This document shows, in pieces, positions 8,919-18,905 of a stretch of DNA of 59,562 bases. A program made the position numbers and the translations under genes. This DNA is from a virus (taxonomy: Duplodnaviria > Caudoviricetes), in the IMG/VR virus record IMGVR_UViG_3300020442_001061, positions 1-59,562 of that record; one strand, given 5' to 3'. The notes under the pieces were generated by a model. It made no database searches, was not told the DNA's origin, and worked only from the letters and a program-made list of their open reading frames with translations. Numbering within the stretch: position 1 is the first letter of the stretch; every line of letters begins with the position of its first letter.

Positions 8919-10298
8919 ATGGCTTTAAGATTAAGAAGAGGAACAGATGCCCAAAGGCAACTAGTTACACCATTAGACGGTGAACTAGTATATACTACAG
9001 ACACCAAAAAACTATACGTAGGTGACGGCACAACTGCGGGCGGTAATGCAGTAGATACTGCTGGCACTAACTTAGGTTCCAACTTAGATTTAAGCGGTTT
9101 TAACATTACAGGAACAGGTAACGTACAAGTAGATGGTAATATAACTGCTACTGGTAACTTAACTGTTGACGGTAATTTTACACTAGGTGGTAACATTACT
9201 GTAGGTGACGCAAGTACAGATACTATTAACTTTGCGGCTAAAATTGAATCTAGTCTTATTCCAGATGTAAGCGGTGCAAGAAATGTTGGATCTCCTAGCA
9301 ACAAATTTGGTACAGTTTATGCTGACTTCTTAAGTGTTTCAGATAGTATTGAAGCAACTTCATTAAATGCAAATATCATTGGTAATGACAGTACAGTATT
9401 ATTAAATGTAGCAACAGGGGAAGTAAACGTTTCAGGTACATTAAAAGGAAATGTAACTGCTTCAGATAACACTTCTTTCTTTAATGCTACATCAAAGGCT
9501 GTAAATGCAGGTGCGGCAACATTCACAGGTGCAGTAAGTGCCGCAAGTGTTACAAGTACATTTAACGGTGATTTAAGTGGATCTGTTTATGCAGATGATT
9601 CTACTACAATCGTTGACGGTGTTGCTGGAACAGTAAAACTTCACAATGGTGAAATTACTATTAGTAGCACAGGTGTATTAACTGCACAAAATAGTGTTTT
9701 CCAAATTAGTAGTCCAAATGAAGTTACAAACACAGAATTAAGAATTTATCATGGCACAGGTGGAAACTTTGGTGCACAAAAATTCTTTTCACTAGCAGGT
9801 TCAGATTCACTAGATCCAGGTGGAATTGCATTTAGAGGTTACAAAGGTGGCTTTGAAGGTTCTGGCAATGAAACAAAATTAGCGGCTGGTGATTATGTTG
9901 GACAAATTACATCACAGGCATTTGATCCAGACTTTGGTGGTGGAACATCAATCCTGTCATCACAGATTGCTTTTAGACTTGACCCAGATGAAACAATAGC
10001 AGATGATACTGCAAAAGGTCAAATTGAATTTATTAACAACTCAGGAACAGGCACAAACTTAACTGTTGTTACAATGGTTTTTGATGCAAGTGGTAGACTG
10101 GGTGTAAACAAAACTAATCCAACTTCAAACTTAGACGTTACAGGTACTGCGGCAGTTTCAAGCACAATGCAATTAGGTGCTATGTCTACTGCAACAAGAG
10201 ATGCATTAGTAGGTACTGCTAACGGTATGGTAATCTACAATACAACTACAAACAAGTTCCAAGGCTATGCTGATAGTTCTTGGGTTGACTTACACTAA
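8919..10298 (+). CDS. tail fibre/virion protein with Mtd-N-like N-terminal domain
   Basis: LRLRRGT...GELVYTTDTKKLYVGDG N-terminus; Gly/Thr/Asn-rich beta repeats; GMVIYNTTTNKFQGY..W C-terminus. Confidence 0.75.
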   Translation: MALRLRRGTDAQRQLVTPLDGELVYTTDTKKLYVGDGTTAGGNAVDTAGTNLGSNLDLSGFNITGTGNVQVDGNITATGNLTVDGNFTLGGNITVGDASTDTINFAAKIESSLIPDVSGARNVGSPSNKFGTVYADFLSVSDSIEATSLNANIIGNDSTVLLNVATGEVNVSGTLKGNVTASDNTSFFNATSKAVNAGAATFTGAVSAASVTSTFNGDLSGSVYADDSTTIVDGVAGTVKLHNGEITISSTGVLTAQNSVFQISSPNEVTNTELRIYHGTGGNFGAQKFFSLAGSDSLDPGGIAFRGYKGGFEGSGNETKLAAGDYVGQITSQAFDPDFGGGTSILSSQIAFRLDPDETIADDTAKGQIEFINNSGTGTNLTVVTMVFDASGRLGVNKTNPTSNLDVTGTAAVSSTMQLGAMSTATRDALVGTANGMVIYNTTTNKFQGYADSSWVDLH

Positions 10299-10838
10299 AT
10301 TATAAGGATTTTTTATAAAGCGAATGCTTAAGGCTAATCGTGTCTTATCAGTATTGTTTATAACTTTGTGTGGTTGATTAATATCAAACAATACAGGTTT
10401 GTTTAAAGTGAACCTAGCAACTTCTTCAAACGTACTATCAGGACTAAAAACTTTATAACTTTTACCCCCACCTGCTACGGTTTCATCTTCAATAATAATT
10501 TCTTTACCTGTTAGATGCTTATACATTTCTGTATGTGTATCTTCACAGTTTTGTACAGGAAAGTTTAATCCATAGTTTTGATCAACTGGTCTGTAATCAG
10601 TATGTGGTGCCTTGGTGGCAGGCTGTTCGTTATGTGCATGAACTTTGATACCTACTAACCAACCTACTTCACAGTCATTGCTTTTACACCATTCTAAGAA
10701 CAAAGGACATTCTGCTTTAAACTTATCTACATCTAACTTAACTACTGGATCGTCAGACTTTTGTATGTTCTTTAATCCCCATTCTTTCATCTCTTCTGAG
10801 ATGCTATTATCTATATCAATGTGCTTATAATAAAACAT
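10290..10838 (-). CDS. Fe(II)/2OG-oxygenase-like (jelly-roll) protein
   Basis: PHTD...LNFPV...QPHKVIN...RLALSIR gives an HxD...H...R pattern. Confidence 0.6.
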   Translation of the reverse strand: MFYYKHIDIDNSISEEMKEWGLKNIQKSDDPVVKLDVDKFKAECPLFLEWCKSNDCEVGWLVGIKVHAHNEQPATKAPHTDYRPVDQNYGLNFPVQNCEDTHTEMYKHLTGKEIIIEDETVAGGGKSYKVFSPDSTFEEVARFTLNKPVLFDINQPHKVINNTDKTRLALSIRFIKNPYNLV

Positions 10839-11394
10839 GATCTTCCCACGGGTGTTTATCTAAATGTGCTAGAAACTCTTTTGGATTAAGTTTCCATACA
10901 GTTTGTCTTACACCTCTATAATCTATTTCTTTAATCTTTGTAAACAATCCTTGTTTAGACATTATAGGTAACCATACTCTATGTACAGTTCTTTGTTTAC
11001 CGCCTTCTAAATCATTTGTGGTACAATACATATTAGTATCCATACCGCACCATTCGATCATCTTAGGAACATAAAAACGTGAACTAACATCTTCGCAACG
11101 TTTAAGTCTTGCCATTGAACCTGCATTGTGCATCATACCACCAACTGCACAGGTTCTTGTTAGTATGCGATAACTGTTTTCTCCCATCTCTGGAAACGTA
11201 TGTACTGCGGTTGCACCCATTGGCTTGCCGTCTCTAAATAATATAAACACCTGACTTTTTTCTTCGTTATTAAAAGCGTCAATCATAATCTTTTGATTTG
11301 AATTGTTTACATAACCATTAGCGGCCGCTTCTTTGTAAAACTCTGTTAAGTCAATGTCTGGTGTATATTCTACAAGTTTATAATATGTTTTCAT
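10825..11394 (-). CDS. hypothetical protein, possibly GNAT fold
   Basis: FILFRDGKPMGATAVH..YRILTRTC strand pattern; weak. Confidence 0.4.
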   Translation of the reverse strand: MKTYYKLVEYTPDIDLTEFYKEAAANGYVNNSNQKIMIDAFNNEEKSQVFILFRDGKPMGATAVHTFPEMGENSYRILTRTCAVGGMMHNAGSMARLKRCEDVSSRFYVPKMIEWCGMDTNMYCTTNDLEGGKQRTVHRVWLPIMSKQGLFTKIKEIDYRGVRQTVWKLNPKEFLAHLDKHPWEDHVLL

Positions 11395-12214
11395 AATTAA
11401 ATGCTAGTCTATGAAGTATCCTTTGATCCATCTTATCAAATTCCCAACGTTTATGTATGCTTAACCATTGCTCACTTAAAACAATATCACCATCTTCCCA
11501 ATGATGATCATATATAAACTGTGGTTGTGTTACGTGTTCTATTAATCTTTGCATTAGATCTTTAAACTGTTCTTCTGTTTTATCTACCATGCCAAGTATT
11601 TGTAAAAATGGAAAATATAAGCCTGTGTGTCCAGCATCATTTGTATGCACTAAATTAAAAGGTTTATCTGTTGCATGATGTTCTACAAAAAACTTACTAG
11701 GACTATATGATCCACTTTTATAACCTAAAGTTATTTTTACATCTTTTATTTCTTCTTTTATTTCATCACTTAATGCTTCATAACTTGCTATGTTGTTAAG
11801 CCAACTAGTTTTACTACCAGCAGTACCTTCTACACCATATAACCATATTAAAGGATCACGTTCATAATTACTTGCTTGGTTGGCGTGCCAATCTAATGCA
11901 GATGTGTGTCCAAATAGTCCTTCTTCACCTTTATCATTCTTTTGTCCTGTAACACGAAGTATATGATTACCTACTGCAAGATGTTCTGTGCGTTGTCCTT
12001 CTTTAGGTTGTGTTGGATCAATTATGTATTGGCATTTACCTATCTTAGAACAAAATGCTACTTCATCTTCTGGAGTAAGTGATTGTTTTTTAAATACTAC
12101 AACCATATTACTGATAGCAAGTTTTCCTATTTCTATCGCCTGCTCTTCAGTAGCATTTCTAATATCTAAATCGTCTATTTGAATTGCCCAATCATTTAAG
12201 TAATTAATTTTCAT
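11378..12214 (-). CDS. TauD/TfdA-family dioxygenase
   Basis: VVVFKKQSLT, DWHAN, HHWEDGDIV...IHKR and RILHR match the TauD layout. Confidence 0.8.
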   Translation of the reverse strand: MKINYLNDWAIQIDDLDIRNATEEQAIEIGKLAISNMVVVFKKQSLTPEDEVAFCSKIGKCQYIIDPTQPKEGQRTEHLAVGNHILRVTGQKNDKGEEGLFGHTSALDWHANQASNYERDPLIWLYGVEGTAGSKTSWLNNIASYEALSDEIKEEIKDVKITLGYKSGSYSPSKFFVEHHATDKPFNLVHTNDAGHTGLYFPFLQILGMVDKTEEQFKDLMQRLIEHVTQPQFIYDHHWEDGDIVLSEQWLSIHKRWEFDKMDQRILHRLAFNYENIL

Positions 12215-12908
12215 TTAAGTAACCTTCTAAATCTTCTGGAGTACCAATACCTTGCATAGATTGTACATCAAAAGCACAAACATTGGCTCCTTCTTTTATT
12301 GTATAATTGTAAACAGGACAAGTATAAAATTCTCCGTTGACTCTGTCATTTGCTTCAATCATTTGATCTATATTTCTAAACATTTGTTCTGCGTTACGCC
12401 AATAATAATATCCAACTGTTGCTCTGTCTGATATTGCTTTCTTTTCTGCAACCTCTACAACTTTGTCTGCAACAGTTTTTGCAAAACTCCATTTAGGATT
12501 ACGTTCAGCATCTGTGAAAGTTGCAATTAAACCGTCAACGCCATTTTTTATAATTGTGTTTACTTTATTACTATCCCATTGTACACTTTGATCACAATTA
12601 GCAACAAACACACTATCGTTATTAGCAAATAAATGTTTTGCTTTATATAATGTACAGGCAGTACCTTCTGTTAATTCGTCTAATTCAATTACAGTTGAAT
12701 TTGTATATAATTCTTTTATTGTGTTTGCAATATCGTGTTCTTTGCGGACAATAAAAATACGTTCATCAAAATCTATACCTATTTGTTTTTCCGTGTATTG
12801 AAACATCGGCAAACCTTTTACAGGTACTAAAGGCTTTGGAACATTATAACCTTTTTCTTTAAATCTATTTCCTTCGCCTGCCATAGGCATTATTAACTTA
12901 ATACTCAT
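12204..12908 (-). CDS. sugar nucleotidyltransferase-like protein (BcbE/GT2-like NTP transferase)
   Basis: PMAGEGNRF..PKPL, NCDQ, EKKAIS, NGEFY and GTPEDL. Confidence 0.85.
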   Translation of the reverse strand: MSIKLIMPMAGEGNRFKEKGYNVPKPLVPVKGLPMFQYTEKQIGIDFDERIFIVRKEHDIANTIKELYTNSTVIELDELTEGTACTLYKAKHLFANNDSVFVANCDQSVQWDSNKVNTIIKNGVDGLIATFTDAERNPKWSFAKTVADKVVEVAEKKAISDRATVGYYYWRNAEQMFRNIDQMIEANDRVNGEFYTCPVYNYTIKEGANVCAFDVQSMQGIGTPEDLEGYLNEN

Positions 12909-13482
12909 TTAATAACCTCTTAAGGTGCTTTAAATTAATTACCTTTTCTACTATGGCATTTGTATCATATGCGGCTTTAATACCTAGTTCAGAATCTTCA
13001 AATATAACTGTTTGCATTGGTGTAACCTCGTGTTGATACATAGCAGAAAAATATATATCTACTTGTGGTTTAGGTGGATGTTCTGATGCAGTATTAACAG
13101 GATCAAACATATCTAACTTTTGTATTTTAAGACCTGTATCTACAAACTGTCTAGTGGCATTAGAACAAACTGCTAATTTATATTTTTTACTTAAACTTGT
13201 TAAGATGTCTTTTAGTTCTTGATCAAATTTAATATATTCACTTATATTTTCCATAGTAAGTTTTTGTTTAGTTTGCATTAATACTTCTTCATCAAATACA
13301 TAACCTTTGTTTTTAAGATATTCAATTTTTTTAAAAGTTGGCAATCCTTCAACTTCTTTATCTTCATATTCAATCTTAGGATTGACAGTCAAGCAGGCTT
13401 CACGAAATGCTTTCTGATGTAGTGGTTTACAATCTGCTAATGTACCGTCGTAGTCTAAAATTAATAATTGGGTAGTTTCCAT
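12898..13482 (-). CDS. HAD-family phosphatase
   Basis: DYDGTL, CSN, KP and FEDS motifs I-IV. Confidence 0.85.
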   Translation of the reverse strand: METTQLLILDYDGTLADCKPLHQKAFREACLTVNPKIEYEDKEVEGLPTFKKIEYLKNKGYVFDEEVLMQTKQKLTMENISEYIKFDQELKDILTSLSKKYKLAVCSNATRQFVDTGLKIQKLDMFDPVNTASEHPPKPQVDIYFSAMYQHEVTPMQTVIFEDSELGIKAAYDTNAIVEKVINLKHLKRLLNEY

Positions 13483-14174
13483 TTTATTTTATCGCCTTCA
13501 AATACATCTGCTCCATCGGCTCCTGTTAAAATAGCCTGCCATATATGTGTATTTCTTATTTTGTCTATGTTTGATGCTAACCATACATTGTCATCTAATT
13601 TTTTTATTGCTGATAGTGGATCATCTGCAAACTCTAATAAGTTTTTAAACATATCAGTAGGCCCTGCATAGTACCAATCTTCTGCTCTAAATAATCCCCT
13701 ATCTTCTTCAAATACTGTTTCAGGACATACTATTTTATTTTTATTAAATGTTGGCAAAGTACCTTCACCTATTATATCTGATCTTGTTAGCCAAACATAG
13801 TCATAGGCACCATTTAGTGTTGCACTTTTATAGGCTTTGGCTCTGCTGATATATTGACCAAATGGAAAATCATCTTGTGTGTAATCTTCGTTGTATTCTT
13901 CTGTAACAACTTCTTTAGGATTGTAAACACTATATTCATTAACAATATTTTTTATGTTTGCTTTTTCAACAGTTGATCCTGGAGGGTAGTATCCTTCTGT
14001 ACGTGCAAATCTATAAAAAGCATTATCATCTGTCCATTTAAATTTTTGTGTCCAACTATGTACATATACGTCAACTTCGTATTGTGTACAAAGTTCTTTA
14101 TAAATTTTGTTTTGATCAAATGATTCTTGAATTAATCTTGGTTCGCCACCAATTAGATATGCTAGTTTTTTCAT
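13461..14174 (-). CDS. putative glycosyltransferase-like protein
   Basis: GGEPR, DVYVHSW and YDYVWLTRSD pattern, as in polysaccharide-locus hypotheticals. Confidence 0.45.
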   Translation of the reverse strand: MKKLAYLIGGEPRLIQESFDQNKIYKELCTQYEVDVYVHSWTQKFKWTDDNAFYRFARTEGYYPPGSTVEKANIKNIVNEYSVYNPKEVVTEEYNEDYTQDDFPFGQYISRAKAYKSATLNGAYDYVWLTRSDIIGEGTLPTFNKNKIVCPETVFEEDRGLFRAEDWYYAGPTDMFKNLLEFADDPLSAIKKLDDNVWLASNIDKIRNTHIWQAILTGADGADVFEGDKIKWKLPNY

Positions 14175-15640
14175 TGCTTGTACCTTACATGGGTAAAATT
14201 TCCATTTACACTATCATTTAAATCAATACCACAATAGTCGTGTCCATATACAATTAAATCATTTGGAACCTGTGCTTTAAATTTAAGAAATAGTGTTTCT
14301 AAATCTTCAGGTTGTATATTCCAATGCAACATTTCGCTTGACCAAATGTTAGTGGTCCATAACACTCTAGTTCCGTGATATTTGTTAACTTGTTCAAACA
14401 ATTTGTCACTATCATTAACTATATCTATAACATGAAATTCATGTTTTAATTTTCTGTATCTGTCCCACAAACTTTGAAACCTTAGACTTCCTCCAAACTC
14501 TTTTAGTTCTTGTTCCCAGAATTTTTTATAGTTTCCTCTAAAAGTTGAACTGAAGTTATATTTTAAATCATTTTCCGTTAGCCATACGTCTAAGTCGTAT
14601 CCATCCCAAGTTTCTAATAAATGTTTTTTATAATTTAAACTTGCTTCACACCAATCGAAATAATGTACAGTCGTACCTTCATGAAATCCGTTAGCATTTA
14701 ATATTGCTAAAGGTTTGAATCCTGCGGCCGCACTAAACAAGTGATCAATCATCTTACCGCCTGTGCGTACTCCTTCTCCAGAAAGTGTTTCTGTGTTAAA
14801 AGCATATACCCTATTTTTTTCTATTTCTTCTTGGTATCCTAACTTACGTAACCATACCTTTTGATTATATTCTAAACTATCAACTATTTCAGTATTATTT
14901 TTATCATGCCATACTTTTTCTAATTTATTACTATTGATGTAAGGATACAAAAATACTTTACATTCTCTCATGTCATTGTCTAAATTATCAATTTGAATAT
15001 TGTGCTTACAAGCAATATCAATCCAGTTACTGCCATCAGATGTAATGTCAGGTTCTATTATTCCAGGAGCACCTTTTACCCAGGCTGGTGTATACTCTGA
15101 ATTAATTGTATCTTTAGAAAATTCTATATTGTGATATTTAGGTTTTCTGTCAAAGAATATACCAAGTTCGTCAAAGTCTGGTTGCCCTAGTTCAACCCAT
15201 TTGTTTAGATTTACAAACAAATATTGTCTATGTAGTCCTGGGTAAGCACCACTAGTTATATAGTGATGTTGTTTTTTCTTATCCATGATATGTCCAACTA
15301 CAAAAAACTGCGGATTCTTTTCAGCATACTCTAAACTTTTCTGCACTAAACTTGGTCCTCTAAATAACAAAAGACCTTGACAAGCAACCATGCAATATTT
15401 TTTACCTTCTATTACAGCAAGTTCTAATATTTCTTTTACAGTTTTATGATGTCCAACATACGAACATAAGTTCATTTTCAACATTCTATTGATATAAAAA
15501 TATGTCATATCAAAAGTACGTTTAGCAACAAAGTCGCTGTCTATATCTCTACCAATATCAAGTATGCCGATTGCTAGATCATTGTTACCATCAAGATCTT
15601 CATAGTAACGATCTACGGTAAGACTATTCCAATCCTTCAT
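14171..15640 (-). CDS. hypothetical two-domain protein with possible C-terminal SAM-binding Rossmann fold
   Basis: 489 aa; LFSAAAG...VHYFD resembles class I SAM motifs I/II. Confidence 0.5.
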   Translation of the reverse strand: MKDWNSLTVDRYYEDLDGNNDLAIGILDIGRDIDSDFVAKRTFDMTYFYINRMLKMNLCSYVGHHKTVKEILELAVIEGKKYCMVACQGLLLFRGPSLVQKSLEYAEKNPQFFVVGHIMDKKKQHHYITSGAYPGLHRQYLFVNLNKWVELGQPDFDELGIFFDRKPKYHNIEFSKDTINSEYTPAWVKGAPGIIEPDITSDGSNWIDIACKHNIQIDNLDNDMRECKVFLYPYINSNKLEKVWHDKNNTEIVDSLEYNQKVWLRKLGYQEEIEKNRVYAFNTETLSGEGVRTGGKMIDHLFSAAAGFKPLAILNANGFHEGTTVHYFDWCEASLNYKKHLLETWDGYDLDVWLTENDLKYNFSSTFRGNYKKFWEQELKEFGGSLRFQSLWDRYRKLKHEFHVIDIVNDSDKLFEQVNKYHGTRVLWTTNIWSSEMLHWNIQPEDLETLFLKFKAQVPNDLIVYGHDYCGIDLNDSVNGNFTHVRYKQ

Positions 15641-16349
15641 AAATTTTATCCCTGTTTGTGTAATAACTTTTCCTTAACACATAGAAAAAATCTCTTGTAC
15701 GTCTACCTAATTCAAAATGTATTATCATATGTATTCTTGGTTTGTCACTACGGTTCCAAACACTATGTACATTTGAAATGTCCATTAAGAAAGCACTACC
15801 TTCATCTGTAAAAGGAACTTTGCCATGATCCTTCATTACAAAATCACAACCTTCAGGATTATTAAGACTGATATTACAAACACTTAATCTTTTTTCTTCG
15901 TCTGCTCTATCTTGGTGTGGTAAAATGTATCCGCCTGGCTCTAATAACATAAACCTTACACGGTTCAAGTACTCTGCTGGCCATACATCAGTTAAAAAAT
16001 TTTTAGTTACTGGGCATTGTTCTGCTACCCACGTCCAGTCTAACTGCTTTACAGTTTCTTCTCTGTTATCACCATAGGTGCCTAAACTTTGTGTATCTTC
16101 ATTAAGACCATGTAAGGTAAGGCTTCTCCACCCATGGCCATAATCGTCTCTGTGGACATGAAATTTATCTATTAAAGTTTCTGCTTCTTTGTGCATTTCT
16201 TTGAAAGGTTGGTTATCTAAAGCACTTAGATGAAAGTAAGGCCATTGTGATTCTTCAAGTAACCATTGTGTATCAAATAAATCTGGGTATTGTTTTTGGA
16301 TTACTTGTGAATGTTGGTTATGAAACTGTTCTAATTCTTGCATATTCAT
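15624..16349 (-). CDS. aspartyl/asparaginyl beta-hydroxylase-like Fe(II)/2OG oxygenase (start may be 16343)
   Basis: WRSLTL, RFMLLEPGGYILPHQD, HSVWN and RIHMII. Confidence 0.8.
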   Translation of the reverse strand: MNMQELEQFHNQHSQVIQKQYPDLFDTQWLLEESQWPYFHLSALDNQPFKEMHKEAETLIDKFHVHRDDYGHGWRSLTLHGLNEDTQSLGTYGDNREETVKQLDWTWVAEQCPVTKNFLTDVWPAEYLNRVRFMLLEPGGYILPHQDRADEEKRLSVCNISLNNPEGCDFVMKDHGKVPFTDEGSAFLMDISNVHSVWNRSDKPRIHMIIHFELGRRTRDFFYVLRKSYYTNRDKIYEGLE

Positions 16350-16396
16350 ATTTATCCGCCATACTCATTATATACGTACATAAAGAACGTTAAATA
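16348..16396. promoter_or_regulatory. divergent late-like promoters with central TACGTACATAA motif
   Basis: Minus strand GATAAATA-TGAAT-ATG; plus strand TAAATA-CTAGT-ATG; motif at 16373-16383. Confidence 0.6.
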
Positions 16397-16401
16397 CTAG
16401 T

Positions 16402-17379
16402 ATGGCTTTCCTTGACAAAATAAATGTGATTGTAGTAGACTTTACTGCTCATTGTAATGCTATGTGCGGTAACTGTTCTCGTAATATAGACGGTGTTTCT
16501 GTGAACCCTCATATGCCATTAAGTCATATGGATTTAGAAACTTGGAAAAAGATTATTGATAGTGCTGAAGGTATTGAAGAAATTATTTTTAATGGCGCAT
16601 ATGGTGATCCATTAATGAATCCTAATTTAATTCCTGCATTAAAATATGCAAAAAAATTAAAATGTAAAATTATGATACACACTAACGGGGGAATTGGTAA
16701 GCCTAATATGTATAGAATGATAGCACAAGAACTTAAAAACTTCTCTCAAGGTGTAATTACTTTTAGTATTGATGGATTAGAAGATACTAACCATCTTTAT
16801 AGAAGAAATGTAATTTGGAAAAGAATAATAGACAATGCTTCTGCTTTTATAGACGCAGGAGGTTTAGCAAGATGGCGTATGCTTGTATTTGATCATAATA
16901 AACACCAAATAGAGGAATGCCAACAACTTGCACACGATATGGGGTTTGTTGCATTTGATGTAAACGGTGGTTACACGTTTACCGCTATGGATAGTATTGT
17001 ATCAGAAGCAGTTGAAAAATTCAAAGCAACTAAAAAAGAAAAAGCACGAACTGTTAAATACGATAAAAAACATTTAGACAATGTACAACGTTTAGAAAAA
17101 GTGTTAGAAGTAGGTCTTGACAAAGGTTGTATAAATTGTAAATGGCAACGTAAACAAAAAATACAAATAAGTCATACAGGTGAAGTTTTTCCATGCTGTT
17201 ATTTGTTAAGCGATCGCTATTCTAAAAATCCAGATAGTCCTTATGCTAAAGAATGTAATAGTATTGAGTGGCCAAACGTAAATGATATGAGTTTACAACA
17301 AATAGTTAAAAGTGATATTCTAACACAACCTAAAGATAATAGATTTAAAATTTGTGAGGTAACTTGCGGTGAAGTGTAA
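16402..17379 (+). CDS. radical SAM protein with C-terminal SPASM/twitch domain
   Basis: CNAMCGNC, GAYGDP, HTNG, FSIDG; C-terminal C..GEVFPCC..CEVTC. Confidence 0.9.
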   Translation: MAFLDKINVIVVDFTAHCNAMCGNCSRNIDGVSVNPHMPLSHMDLETWKKIIDSAEGIEEIIFNGAYGDPLMNPNLIPALKYAKKLKCKIMIHTNGGIGKPNMYRMIAQELKNFSQGVITFSIDGLEDTNHLYRRNVIWKRIIDNASAFIDAGGLARWRMLVFDHNKHQIEECQQLAHDMGFVAFDVNGGYTFTAMDSIVSEAVEKFKATKKEKARTVKYDKKHLDNVQRLEKVLEVGLDKGCINCKWQRKQKIQISHTGEVFPCCYLLSDRYSKNPDSPYAKECNSIEWPNVNDMSLQQIVKSDILTQPKDNRFKICEVTCGEV

Positions 17380-18409
17380 GTACTTAGAACATCAAGTTTG
17401 TATTCGTCCAGACGGAGAGTTCCGTTTATGTTGCATAAGTTTGGAACCACATAATAAAGAAAATATTACAAACACAACTATTGAAGAATGGAATAAAAGC
17501 GAAACAATAACAAAAGCAAAAGAACAACTTGCTAATGGAGAATTTCCTAGTGCCTGTGCTAAATGCAAATATTTAGAAAGTAAAGGACAGGACAGTATGC
17601 GTAATAGGCCAAGAGAATATGGTCCTGGCATCAGTCATTTAGATTTACGCTTCAGTAATCAATGTAATTTACGATGTACTATGTGTTTTCCTGGTAGTAG
17701 CAGTGGTTTGTATCAAGAACACTTTGAATTATTAGATAAAGGTTTAGAATCACCGTGGGTAGTATCCAAAGATACAAACTATAATTGGTTTACTAATGAC
17801 CGTGCTGATCAACTTGCTAGTAATCCCGACCTTAGAGAAGTATATCTTACAGGTGGTGAACCTATGATGGTTAAAGGATTAGATTATTTTATTAGTAAAC
17901 TAGATCCTAGTGTAGAATTACGTTTTAATACCAACGGAACTTTGTTTAATCCTAAAATCTATGAACAATTTAAACGTTTTGAGAATATTAATTTATGTGT
18001 TAGTGTTGACGGTGTTGGTAAAGTAAATGATTACATAAGGTGGGGCAGTGATTTTACAAAAATTGAGGAAAACATTAAACGTTGGCAAGACGTTGCTGAT
18101 GTAAATGTAGGTCCTACTATACAAATAATGAATATATTGTATGCTGACGAATATATTGAATGGGCAGATAAAAACAATTTACAAATATGGGATAACTTGC
18201 TGATAAACCCACCTTGTTTAAATATCAAAAATGCTCCTGATAGTATAAAAAATAAAATTACAATCCCAGACTATTTGTATGCAGTAAAAGATAAAGCAGA
18301 TATCAAACAATTTGGCGAATTTAAAAAGTGGATTACAATTTTTGATAAAAATAGAAATGTTTCTATAAAGGACTACTTACCAGAAGTAGCAGAATGTTAT
18401 GGAATGTAA
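17369..18409 (+). CDS. N-terminal twitch-domain radical SAM protein
   Basis: C..GEFRLCC..CAKC, then CNLRCTMC, TGGEP and NTNG. Confidence 0.9.
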   Translation: MKCKYLEHQVCIRPDGEFRLCCISLEPHNKENITNTTIEEWNKSETITKAKEQLANGEFPSACAKCKYLESKGQDSMRNRPREYGPGISHLDLRFSNQCNLRCTMCFPGSSSGLYQEHFELLDKGLESPWVVSKDTNYNWFTNDRADQLASNPDLREVYLTGGEPMMVKGLDYFISKLDPSVELRFNTNGTLFNPKIYEQFKRFENINLCVSVDGVGKVNDYIRWGSDFTKIEENIKRWQDVADVNVGPTIQIMNILYADEYIEWADKNNLQIWDNLLINPPCLNIKNAPDSIKNKITIPDYLYAVKDKADIKQFGEFKKWITIFDKNRNVSIKDYLPEVAECYGM

Positions 18410-18905
18410 ATATTTAAACAATCAGGTTTGTGTAAGTTCAACAGGACAATACCGTTTATGCTGTGTAAGTGACGAACCTACTAATAAAGAAACTGTTTAT
18501 TCATATACTCCAAGAGAATGGCATGACAGTACTGTACCAACTCTAGCACGTAAGCAGATGAGCGACGGTGTTTGGCCCGATGCTTGTACTAGATGTAAAC
18601 TTTTAGAAGAAAAAGGTTTAGACAGTATGCGTACACTGGCAAAAGACTTTGGACCGCACGGTATAACACACTTAGATATCCGGTTTGGCAACACTTGTAA
18701 CTTGAAATGTGTTAGTTGCTACCATATGAGTAGTCACAGTCTAGCAGAAGAAGCCATTGCTATGCAAAAAGCAGGTATTACACCTTTACATGGAATATTA
18801 GAAGTGCCACATTTTAACTGGGCAAGTGATGAAACTTTTGCCCAATTTGATAATTTGCCTCTTAAAGAAGTTTACCTTACAGGTGGTGAACCTATGATGG
18901 TTAAA
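17846..18905 (+). repeat. 30-bp exact direct repeat between tandem radical SAM paralogues (17846-17875 and 18876-18905)
   Basis: CTTACAGGTGGTGAACCTATGATGGTTAAA in both genes; 3' junctions 18364-18405 and 19388-19429 are also near-identical. Confidence 0.8.

Noticed and set aside
265-9526. Minus-strand ORFs such as 8118-8594, 8816-9304 and 4587-4904
   Set aside because: Largely overlap well-supported plus-strand genes.
8919-10298. Diversity-generating retroelement suggested by the Mtd-like N-terminus
   Set aside because: No reverse transcriptase, no template/variable repeat pair and no recognisable C-type-lectin tip in the window.
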